From NCBI GenBank assembly GCA_013115125.1, contig JABANN010000077.1, forward strand, positions 1 through 64,000: a DNA stretch of 64,000 nucleotides. Reading direction: 5' to 3'. Source of the stretch: Perkinsus olseni (Eukaryota). Below the pieces are notes generated by a model. The model saw only the letters and a program-made list of their open reading frames with translations, ran no database searches and was not told the origin of the DNA. The first letter of the stretch is position 1. Every line of letters starts with the position of its first letter. A program made the translations under genes and the position numbers. Positions 34,433 through 44,920 of this stretch are shown here, piece by piece.

Positions 34433-35139
34433 ATGGGCTATATCGGGAAGGCCCCCAGTCACGACTACTCCGAGTATGAGGCCGAGCTCGCCAAACACCA
34501 GCAAAAAACTGTCCGACAGGCTCCATCTTGTGAGTGTGGGCGAGATGCGGATGAAGTTGATTCACGCGTTTTCGCTTCTCCTCAGCCCGGCGTCGTAAGA
34601 TCGACTAACGGCGCCACCTTATTGCACTGCTTAGTTTCTCACGCTGGAGGTCTGCCTGGGTTGAGTTTGTGTCATACCCGCTAATACTTGGCTGTGGCAA
34701 TAGTTTAGTGGTCCACGCTCCTCGGCTAACATGTCGGGTTCAGAAGAAGGCTCGAGCGTTCCCTCGTACAGGAAGATAGTGCAACCAATGGACGAGCGAC
34801 TGTAAGATTCTAAAGAGTCCGACGGGCGCCTCGACTCCCACGGCTGTTCTTCGCAGACGAAAACTTGAGGAGGAATACCTGGAGGAGTCTCGAGCCACTT
34901 ACGACGCTCTCAAAGCTCTGCTGCAGCACCCCGCCACCCTCCGGCGGGATCCAAGAGCGGCCGGCGAGGGCTGCCTGACAGGTGCATTACCACTGCATGA
35001 TGGTGAGCTGTACACTGACAGCTCAACGTCACAACAATTCTGTCGGTCAGATACGCCCATTGATGAATCTCAGAAGATATTCTCAGCCGTTATCGGTTAC
35101 AAGTCGCCGGAGGGCGAGGATGGCGATAAGGCCGGATGA
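34433..35139 (+). CDS. Hypothetical protein, spliced
   Basis: Four GT-AG-bounded exons (MGYIGKAPSHDYSEY.., RKLEEEYLEESRATYDALK.., DESQKIFSAVIGY..G*); no family recognised. Confidence 0.45.
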
Positions 35140-35970
35140 CTTTACCCGCCCATTTTAGTGTTGAGTTAAGCGCTGGGCCATCGACGCCTCTCGTGTTGCC
35201 TCTCGCTATCACCATGTCGTTAACTGTCACGAGCTAGGAGCTCCGTTGGCCAACGATCCAGCGTGAAGTGAATTTCTCTATTCATTGGGGGCTCGTATTC
35301 ACCGCAAAGCGTTCAAAAACTATCTATCGCCAACATGATGCTTCACACGCCAACATAGCGTTGCCGCGAAGCCGTCATTCATCTCATGGCAACCTCATAC
35401 GAGTCTTCTTGACGTTCCGGGTTCTCGTCAGCCGTTTTGTGTAAACATGCACCAAAAAGTGGGCGGAGCGAAGCTGCCCAGCTCCCGCATCCGTTACCTT
35501 AGACGTGTACTAGGCTAGGATGCGATATCACTTCCTTGCAGTGACCGTAATGGAGCTCTCCATAGTTTGACGAGTACTACATTACTAGTTCCTTGGAGGG
35601 CAAGAAGGGCTTGCTTACGAGACCTCAGTCCACGCAGCTATCGCAGCGCCTACTATGCCCTTCTGAGTGATGATCGTCTTGACTAACCCTTAGGCTAACT
35701 CAGTGATATGTGCAACTTGTTATTAGAGTAGGGAGAACAGTGCTTTACCGGGTGTTGCTGGGGCTCAGGGCACCTCTTGTTGCTGGACTGTTGAGTACTA
35801 TCTTGAGCTCGGTTATTACTCGCAGGCACGACTTGCCGTATGACGTCAGTAGTAAGTAAGGCGACTGGCTCCAGCCGAAGAGGCTCATTCTGCAGCGGCG
35901 AAAGCGCTATGATTTGATCTCTCAGTAGTCGTTTGCCTTCCCCTTATTATTACCGCTCCCTTGGCCCATC

Positions 35971-38900
35971 ATGGACCTCACAAACCTCTTGCTGATGTGC
36001 CAAGACCCGACGAAGAGGTCGGAGGCCGAGGCACAGCTAGCAACCGCGGAGCAGGTGAGGGAGAAGCCAGAATCGACTTAGCGTCAGCTTTGGTATATAT
36101 GCCTTGTCATCATTGCAGAACAGCCCGGCTCAGCTGTTTCCCCTTCTAGCGGGTGAGCTCGCCAACGAGGAGAAGCCGCTCGGAGTTCGACAATTGGCGG
36201 GTTTGGTTTTGAAGAACGCCCTTAGCAAGAAGGACAAGGCGAGGAAGAAGGAGTGTCAGGAAAGGTAGAATTAGGGTACCGGTCGTTGGTCTCATCGCCT
36301 GGGAACTCGGACTTGCTGAACTGATGTTCTGATCATCAGATGGCTTGCGCTGGATGAGAACGTCAAGGGGGGCATCAGAGAGCTGTCCGTGAAGACCCTT
36401 ACTACCAGCAAGGAGGTTGTTGCGAGAAAGACTAGTGCTCAGGTAGGGAGGTCGAAATTTACTAGAGGCGAGAGCATTTGTGCCTTTTACTTGAATTCTC
36501 AGGTCATCTCTGCCATTGGTGGTATTGAGCTACCACGAGGCCAGTGGAAGGATCTGGTCCCTGGGCTGGCCGAGCAAGCGCAGAAGGGCGACCCTCTCAC
36601 CAAGCAGGTGCGATCATAGGCACCGTTACGACCATTATTATGAGTCCTGTTAGGTTGTGCTGACTTGTCTTGGATATCTCTCTGAGGAATTAGCTACTCT
36701 GATCACCGAGGCCGGAGCGGAAGTCCCTGCCGACACATCCTCGCAGATAGTTACGGCTGTCGTCCAGGTGGGTCGCTAAATGCTGGCTGGCGAGTTTTCG
36801 GTCAACTTTTTCATAGGGAATGAGGGATGACCACGTCCCCGCTAAGCTGGAAGCCACCAAGGCCTTCTATTACGTACTCATCCTTGCCGAGAATAACTTT
36901 AACGACGAGGTGACGGGCTTATTTTGGAGGGGCTTTGGATTGAACTTGTGCGGTTTCAGAACCAGCGGAACTTCATGATGGAAGTCGTGTGCGAGAACGC
37001 AAAGCACGCGGATGATAACGTCAAAGTGGCGGCGTATGAGGATCTCGTCCAAGCGGTTTCGGAGTACTATGATTTCATGGCACCCTACATGCCCATCATA
37101 GGAAATGTAATACCCGGTGGCCCTCGCAGCGGTCGTGACCATTCTGCTGTGTCAGCTGTCGTTCGAGTGCATATCCAAGGAAGGAGATAACCTCGCCATA
37201 CCAGCCATGGAGCTCTGGTCCTCAATCTGTGACGAGGAAATCTTCCTGAAGGACATTGAGGAGGAGGTAGTAGAAATTACAGTCAGTTTTCGGTCGCTCT
37301 CATCTGGTGTCGCTGGCAGGCTAGAAGCGAAGGCCGTGCGCCACCTCGTCAATCCCAGAATTTCATTCGTCAAGCGCTTGGCTTCCTCATACCCTTACTC
37401 ACTGAGAAGATAGCGGCTGCTAATCAGCAACTGGTAGTCACTCCGGCCGGGGGACGTTTGTAACCTCGCCGGTGTTTAGGACGAGGACGATGACGATGAT
37501 ACGTGGAGCGCGGGAATGGCGGCCGGCACTTGTTTGTCACTAGTGGCACAGGTAGGTTGTTCGGAGATAGGTTGAAGAAGTTTAACAATGCGGTCTTTTA
37601 GGTGGTTGGTGATGACTGCGTTGAACCAGTTCTTGTATTTGTTAATAATAACTTCGGAGCTCCCGACTGGCACCATCGCGAGGCAGCTATCTTAGCGTAA
37701 TTACACTGGTGGACTTGGTGGATCGCGCAGCACTACGATGATTCAGATACGGCTCTATCATGGACGGCCCATCCACGGCTAAGCTGGGCCCACCGGTGCA
37801 GGCGGTAAGTAGAGGAAGAGACGGGCTCGAATCACTGGTGCTGTCGTATTCAGTCTCTCCCGCATATAGTTGCGGCCTTGAACGATCAATCAGTGGCTGT
37901 GAGGGACACTGCCGCTTGGACCATTGGCCGGTACTACCGTCAGCTCGTCACCTAGGGGGGCTCATTTCTTGCCTCCCAGGATCGCACAGTTCCACACGCC
38001 GATATTCGCCCAGAATCCCCAAATGTTAGCCGAACTCATACCGGTGCTCTTCAGCAAGCTGCAGGATGAGCCCAGAGTTGCTGTGAACATGTAATAGGAC
38101 AGAAGCTCACAATAGCAGGAAAGAGTAATTTTGCAGATGCTGGATCTTCGACGTACTCGGTAGCGACCAGGATAGGGATGCGAGCACGACTATACTCTCG
38201 CCTTACTTCATCCAGATTGTTCAGAAGCTCCTCGAGACTGCACAGGTTAGTTGCAGATTCCAGAATCGGAGTTTATATCTCTTTTTAGCGTCCCGACGGA
38301 GCGAAGCGCGGCCTTCGCAATGCCGCCTATGCGGCTGTTAGCTCCATTGTTAGTGGCAGCGGTAAGGATGTTCAGAAGCACATGCCTGAGCTGGCCGGCG
38401 AGATGGCGTCTCGACTGGAGCAGGTAGGTGGGCGTTGAGCCACTGCGACCCTCCCATGCTCGGTGACTCCAGATTTTGAACCCCGCAGTGGTGCAGCAGC
38501 TGAACGACAAGGAGTGTGAGCTACACGGCCATATTTGCGGAAACTTGCAAGTGAGAATATTTTCGTCTAGCGTGTTAGAGGCTGATGCAAGTGGGTTGTG
38601 GTTGTAGGTTGTAACACAGAGGATGAAGGGCAGTGCGGACATGGAGCCAATGGCAGACAAGCTGATGCAGCTCTATATGGGTGTACTGAGGGCGTCCGTT
38701 GGTCCTGGTAGTGTTCGTCTTAACGCTTTCTTTCCGTCAGGTTTTCGAGCTCTACCAGCATATGCAACAAGCATCACATCCTAACACTGTCGTGGTAGTA
38801 ACCCTTACACCATGCCTTACAAGTTTCTCATTTGCCCTGTAGGTCCATGAGGAAGCACTCTTAGCTGTCACGAGCCTGGCCTCGGCCCTTGGCAAGGTAG

Positions 38901-39964
38901 TTTAGCCGTCCCTTTCCGTAGACACCAGCGGTTACTGTGTCAGAAATTCAACAAGTACATGCCACAGTTCGGCCCTGTCGTAGTGGCCGCCATCAGCAAC
39001 CATGAGGAATTCTCGGTAAATCTGGGCTCAGTCGCTGCTCCCATTCATCCTCTTCTTCATCAGGTATGCCAAATGGCCATTGGTGCTGTCGGTGATCTGG
39101 CAAGAGCTTTAGACGACACTCTGGGCCAAGGTGAGCTGAGTTTGATGGGTCGGCGAGTTCATCACGTGTAATTTTTTGCCAGGACCCAACGAGGCACTTC
39201 TCGATAAGATGATGGAAGCGATGGTTATGCTCATGCAAAATCAAGATGTGGACAAAAAGCTGAAGCCCGACGTTTTCCGAGCTATATCAGACGTCGCCTT
39301 AGCGGTCAAGGGAGGTATTATGAAAGTCTTCGCTGGTCCTCGAGTATTATGCTTGCTCTTAGTGTTCGCCAAGTACCTGCCAACTGTGATGGCGGTTGCA
39401 CAGCAGGCCACTGCTATCACGGCAAGCTCGGATGCTGATGAAGAGTGGATTGATTACGTTAATGACTTGCGGAGCTCTGTTTTGGAGGCCTACACTGGTG
39501 CGATCGTTTCGCCGAAGTGTCTCGAAATTCATAGTCGGCTTTTCTTGCAGGAATCATCCATGGCATGCGAGACGGTGAGAAGTTGGACATGTTGAAGGAC
39601 TACGTCCAGAGCATCCTCGAGTTTGTTGTCAAGGTCGCTGACGATGGCTGCAGTAAGACTGTATGGTATGATTCGCGCAGTTCTCATCCTTGTGCCACTG
39701 CAGGTACCCCGAATACGCTCAAGTCTGCTCTCGGTGTAGTAGGCGACTTGGTGATGGCCTTCCAACAGCAGTTGACCTCTTATTTGCGGGTGAGTATTGC
39801 TGTTACCCACCATTGGGAGTGACAAGTTCTTCTTCTCCCATCAGGACGCTCCCTTCCTCTCGAAGCTGGTCACTTTAGGCAGCTCTCTTGGTGGACGCGA
39901 CCCTCAAGTAGCTCAGACTACACAGTGGCTCCAAAGGCTGTTCGCTCGTTATGGTGCGCAATAA
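35971..39964 (+). CDS. KPNB1: Importin beta-1 (karyopherin beta), many introns
   Basis: [49 protein letters not shown], acidic loop [44 protein letters not shown]. Confidence 0.95.
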
Positions 39965-40655
39965 GTCGATAACCCCTCTCAACGTTTAACCATGATTGTT
40001 TTCGCTGGTTCAGCAGTAGCATCTCCGGTACTCCTTCATTGGAAGAATGATTGTAGTTATAGTCATAGAACTACTACTTTGCTTGACCGTCGCCTCGGTC
40101 ATATACGAGAGTATCATTAGCTCCGCCTCCATAGCTCGCTCGTATATACAAGTTTCTGCGTGGCTGCCTACGGTCACCATTAGCGTCATTATCATCATCA
40201 CTACTACTACTCTCTCGTCACTCACTGGAATCACCGTAATGAAATAAGAACTTGCCCTCGTTGCTGTATCGGAATGATCGCGTTTAATAATATACTGCAA
40301 CCCTATTGGTGTTGTGTTTTGTCAAGTCGGCCGTCAACGGATAGGTTGAGGATTGAATGCTTCACTGTTCATCCATAATGAATAGTTGGGATCTGCAGGG
40401 TTACAATCCCTGCCAATATCGGGTAACCCGGGACACTCAACATTGAGCCTGCTCGTGATGCACTGGCTTCCCTCGCCTCGCGTGTGCTCGAAGATCTGTG
40501 AAAAGCTCTCCGATTTCTGCAGAGCGCTCGAGAAAATTCGAGAGGCGATAAGCCGTGAGATTGGCGGCACATTTTGGCTTCGCCCTGACCGTTTCGCGTT
40601 CTTGTGCACGCGTGCAGTTGTGCTCATTGCATAACCACCGAAACCTGTATTTATT

Positions 40656-40750
40656 ACTCATTTGATGATTGGGCTTCTTAAACTCCTCCCGCAGCATGCG
40701 GTTCATGTTGCTCTCGATGATGATATTCATTCCGCTTACTTATCCTGAGT
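40656..40750 (+). ncRNA. Candidate box C/D snoRNA 1 (LSU rRNA guide)
   Basis: C box TTGATGA 40662, C' ATGATGA 40717, guide TCCGCTTACTTAT 40731-40743, D box CTGA 40745, terminal ACTCA/TGAGT pairing. Alternative parse 40711-40780. Confidence 0.7.
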
Positions 40751-40759
40751 GATACTTGA

Positions 40760-40850
40760 CTGAAATGATGATTCTGAGAGTCTAACGAAGGCCAAGTGGC
40801 TTGGAGAGCTACTGATTATGATGCCAGCAATCCGCTTACTTTCTGACCCC
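40760..40850 (+). ncRNA. Candidate box C/D snoRNA 2 (LSU rRNA guide)
   Basis: C box ATGATGA 40765, D' CTGA 40812, C'-like ATGATGC 40818, guide TCCGCTTACTT 40831-40841, D box CTGA 40843. Confidence 0.7.
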
Positions 40851-41366
40851 TTACAGAGGTCTCTGAAGAAACACTTTGCCATTCGCTCTGAATCCCTGCT
40901 TTCATGGCTTTACACAGCATGGGCTAACATATTGGAGATATCTTGACCGCTCATGTACTCGGGAGAGTGCCCGATTCCCTACTTTGCATGTGCTCAACTG
41001 CCATGAACTCAACTCGAACGGGATAGACAAAAGCGAAATTTGTAGAAGTCAAATCGTTACAGCACGACACGCGCCATCGTAACATTCTCGCCATGAAGCT
41101 GCGCTTCCATCAAAGCCTCTTAGCATGGCGGTAGTCAGAACTGACCTCGGAAAATGCACGAGTCTCGTAACAGCCAAGCGCTGGAGGTCTCAGAACTACG
41201 ATCACGTGTTCGTGTTGCAAAAAATCTTAGGAAAACCGAATCATGTAAAACAAAGAGTACAGCAATGTATGTGCTCGAGCAAGCACTGCTTCGAGCACTA
41301 ATAAACCGGGTGGGAAGGCACCGGGAAGTGTCCTTATACGCGGGCACAAATGCCTTATCGCCAGGC

Positions 41367-42605
41367 TCAAGATGTCACCGCCACATACAAACCTGCAGCG
41401 ATAGCCAGAGGGCTGAGCAGGAGCAGCAGACCAGCAACTGCACATTCGACTCTACTGAAGCGTTCCTTACTCAGATAATTCAAGCGTAGGTAAAATAAAA
41501 TTGGTAAAACTATGGAGAGCATAATGATACAGAAAGCAGCTAGTATATTGACAAGGCGGTTGACGCTTGGTATTGCTACCCCCAGCGCTACACAAACGCA
41601 CAGCTGCGAGGATCGTGTGATAATTCGCGTGATTCCGGCTCTCCAAGGCGTTCGCCACCGTTTCATGTCCTCGAAACGGAACAAGGAGTCGACGAAATGC
41701 GCCGTTGGCATGAAGAGCACGAGGAGATGCACAGAGACCAATAGAAGCATAATAATATTGATGATCCACGCAGCAGCATTGAGAGGAGCTCCTGGCGGTG
41801 CGATTGCTAGCACCACAGTATCACGCTGAAGGAGTAAATCGCCGAAGGCAAGGTAGCCTAATGCCGTCACAGCTGCATATACAACCAGAATGAAGCCAAA
41901 CGCGAGAAACAGTGCCTTGGGAAAATCCCTCGGCCTATCCATCGCGGCGATAATGGTAGGTTCCGTGACACTGACCGTGAAGGACAGAAGGAACATGTTA
42001 AATGTTGAGATGAGGGCTAGAGGAGAGGAAGAGGATACTTGAGTATGTGGCGCCTCTTCTAGTTCTACGTAATGCGCAATGCAGGCGACGATTATGGTGA
42101 CGACTGCCGCTGCTACCGTCGCCACCCCAAATGCAGCCACCAGGCCAACTTCTTTCATATCCTTTATCCACGTCAGAGGTAGACACACCAGGCCCGATAT
42201 CAGCAGCCACACTCTCAAAGAGAGTACCCTTGTCAGAGATAGGAGACTGCTAGCGAGAATTAGAAGCATCGCGGCGCATACGAACACGAGGAGAGTGTGC
42301 AAGATGACGGACGAGGATATGGCGCCAGCTCGTCCGAAACTGGCCGTACCAATCTCTTCGAAGGACGCCATGGGCATTCCTCTCTTCTTTGGGTTGAGAA
42401 ATGTCGCCTTCCAGAGGAGAATGGACCCGAAGCCAGCAACGACCGAACTCAGAAAGAGACTCAGCATGCCGCTCGCCCAGCCGGCCTGGGCCAGAGCACG
42501 GGGCATGGCCAGGATACCCAAGCCGATAGCCGTCATCACTAAGCTGCTCGCTGAGCGCCATACAGAGACCCCGCCAATGCTCATCTTTTCCTCTGGAGCA
42601 GGCAT
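41367..42605 (-). CDS. Amino-acid transporter (AAAP/Aa_trans family), intronless, copy 1
   Basis: SLVMTAIGLGILAMPRALAQAGW, SFEEIG..SFG, PTIIAAMDRPRDF, GYLAFG; many hydrophobic helices. Confidence 0.92.
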   Translation of the reverse strand: MPAPEEKMSIGGVSVWRSASSLVMTAIGLGILAMPRALAQAGWASGMLSLFLSSVVAGFGSILLWKATFLNPKKRGMPMASFEEIGTASFGRAGAISSSVILHTLLVFVCAAMLLILASSLLSLTRVLSLRVWLLISGLVCLPLTWIKDMKEVGLVAAFGVATVAAAVVTIIVACIAHYVELEEAPHTQVSSSSPLALISTFNMFLLSFTVSVTEPTIIAAMDRPRDFPKALFLAFGFILVVYAAVTALGYLAFGDLLLQRDTVVLAIAPPGAPLNAAAWIINIIMLLLVSVHLLVLFMPTAHFVDSLFRFEDMKRWRTPWRAGITRIITRSSQLCVCVALGVAIPSVNRLVNILAAFCIIMLSIVLPILFYLRLNYLSKERFSRVECAVAGLLLLLSPLAIAAGLYVAVTS

Positions 42606-43064
42606 GAAGAGAAACCGTAGCGGTTAAAGGGAAACCTAGCACACCTGAGATGGAAAGATGACGGCTTCTTTGTACACGCGTGCAGGCGACTCCTTGCATA
42701 CGCGTTCACCTTCCCAACAAGTCCGAGAGTCCCCCGGTGAGATATGCGTGAGGTCATTACAGCCTACGGTTGTCTGAGCCTCGCATCAACATCATCAGTG
42801 GGCGTCCCTTCCGATCGTACCTCATTCGAAGGCCCCATGTACAACTAGATAATCTTGAAGCAAATTGCGGAACCGAGATGAGAACGCGAATACGCCTTGA
42901 GATCCGGGGAAAATACTATGGATCCACGCATGATTGACTGAGCGACTGCGATGAAAGGCACGGTCAAGTCATCTGATGGAGCGGATACTTGAGACCCCGA
43001 CAAAAACGTGATTAAATAGAGTCAAACTCGAATGATGATGATGATGATGGCGTAAATTGGGTCT

Positions 43065-44324
43065 TCAATGAAAGGAGATCGTCACGATGGCGTCATAAAC
43101 GCCAAAACCCACAGCGACGAGACCTAGAGCTACCAACGATATCTGGGCAATAAGCTCAAGCCGTCCCACTTTGATCCGATTTAGCACCATCAATCTGAGG
43201 TAGAATAAGATAGGGAGGACAATCGTTAAGGGTACAATACACGCCGCTGCCATCAAGCCGACAATCGCGTTCACGCTGGGAATCGCTACTCCTATGACTA
43301 TGGTCACGCATACCAGTAAGCTCCTTGGTATCACCCTAAGAGCCCAGGAGAATGCGGTCCGCTGCGCGAAGCTGTCTACTTTCAGAACCGAGTCGACTAA
43401 CTGAGCTGTCGGCATAATAAGAATGACGAAGTGTACAGCGACAAGGACTAAAAGCGTAATGTTGAGCAGCCATCCCGTAATTGTGAGTGGAACTCCCAGA
43501 GGGCATAGCGCCAGGATAATCGAATCGTCTCTATCCAGCACGTTGCCATATGCTGCGTAACCCACATAAGAGACTACAACGTAAACGACTAAAATGAAGG
43601 TGAATGCCAAAGCAAGAGCCTTCGGAAAATGGGTAGGGGAGTTCATCCCTGCTACTATCGTAGGCTGTGTGACTCCGACAGTGAAGGACAAAAGAAAGGT
43701 GTCGAAGCTGTAGAGGTAATAGAGCATATTTTTGGGGAATAGCTCAGACTGTGCAGGAGCCTCCTGTGAGATGAGTTCCTTCGAGCAGCCGACTATTATC
43801 AACAGCACAGTAATCATGACGGAACCCACTCCAATAGCTGCCACGAGACCCACGTCTTTCATGTGCTTTATCCATGAAAGCGGCATATTAATGACACCAC
43901 ATATCGAAATCCAGGCACGCCTGTTGAGCGCCCCTGTCAAGGCTAGAAATGATTCGCCCATCACCACCAAAAGAGCAGCGCATACACACACCAGGAGGAT
44001 GTTAACGAGGAGACCACATACCGTCACACCCACTCGACCGAAGCTCTTCCGGCCGACCTCTTCAAACGACGCCATTGGCCGGCCGCGTGCCTCTGGATCT
44101 AGTGACAGCGCCCTCCAAAAGATGATGCAGCAGTAGCCCGAGACCACACAGCTCGCAAAGAGGCAGAAGAAGCCGCCCAGCCATCCCACCCTGGCAAAAG
44201 CCCTGGGCATAGACAGAACACCAAGTCCTACGGCAGTCATCACCAGGCTGGCTGCTGCTCGTATTGTCGTCATACCATGCTTAGGCTCGGCTTCATTGAT
44301 AACATCTTTCTCCATTTCAATCAT
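43065..44324 (-). CDS. Amino-acid transporter (AAAP/Aa_trans family), intronless, copy 2
   Basis: SLVMTAVGLGVLSMPRAFARVGW, SFEEVG..SFG, PTIVAGMNSPTHF, GYAAYG; tandem paralogue. Confidence 0.92.
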   Translation of the reverse strand: MIEMEKDVINEAEPKHGMTTIRAAASLVMTAVGLGVLSMPRAFARVGWLGGFFCLFASCVVSGYCCIIFWRALSLDPEARGRPMASFEEVGRKSFGRVGVTVCGLLVNILLVCVCAALLVVMGESFLALTGALNRRAWISICGVINMPLSWIKHMKDVGLVAAIGVGSVMITVLLIIVGCSKELISQEAPAQSELFPKNMLYYLYSFDTFLLSFTVGVTQPTIVAGMNSPTHFPKALALAFTFILVVYVVVSYVGYAAYGNVLDRDDSIILALCPLGVPLTITGWLLNITLLVLVAVHFVILIMPTAQLVDSVLKVDSFAQRTAFSWALRVIPRSLLVCVTIVIGVAIPSVNAIVGLMAAACIVPLTIVLPILFYLRLMVLNRIKVGRLELIAQISLVALGLVAVGFGVYDAIVTISFH

Positions 44325-44920
44325 TGTGATGGTGAGCTGCGCGACGAGGGTTGATGGCGGGCTTTGAGTCGCACGTCCTCTGTGACGCGGCGGAGTGGCG
44401 TGACGCGAGCCGGGTTACGCGAGCTGCGCGTTATCTCTCCTCGGTCGCATTTGACGGCTTGAAGATTGTCCTCTCCCCGAGGCTTCGCCATTGCATAGCC
44501 TAGTCATACGTCCTCCAGGAACCTGGTAAGCTAGGGCATGCGCCTCGAGGAAGAAGCTCAAGATCGGCTTCTCGTCAACGGTGTGCCAAAGAAAAGGTAG
44601 ACAGGATATTCGTGCGCGATGCCTACGAATGCACAGCGTTGACGTCAAGCCGCATGGACTGGGAATGCTGATCCGGGGTGGTAAGTATTGTTGGGATCGT
44701 CGCCACAATGCGAATGATGCGATCAAAAGCCCAGAGAGGGCCCTGGCCTGTGGCTGGGCAACAACTGCAACTGCGGAGGGCCCTGCTGCAACTACACTGT
44801 GGAAGACAACAGGATTACTGCGAGAGGAGATCTTGTACCAGCGTAACCATGAGAAACTCTTCGAAAACACTTGTTGCGCTCGTCTCATGATGGTCATGCA
44901 AAATGACTCATGCTAAGGCA

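Noticed and set aside
16812..35474. Shared 14-mer GGGCGGAGCGAAGC upstream of SF3B4 and importin beta
   Set aside because: Several chance 14-mer pairs are expected in 64 kb, and near-copies occur within coding sequence.
36482..36492. GCCTTTTAC, U5 loop I motif
   Set aside because: No flanking stem; it is the pyrimidine tract of a short importin intron.
40437..40730. 97-aa minus-strand ORF overlapping snoRNA 1
   Set aside because: No recognisable motif; the plus-strand box and guide layout explains the region better.
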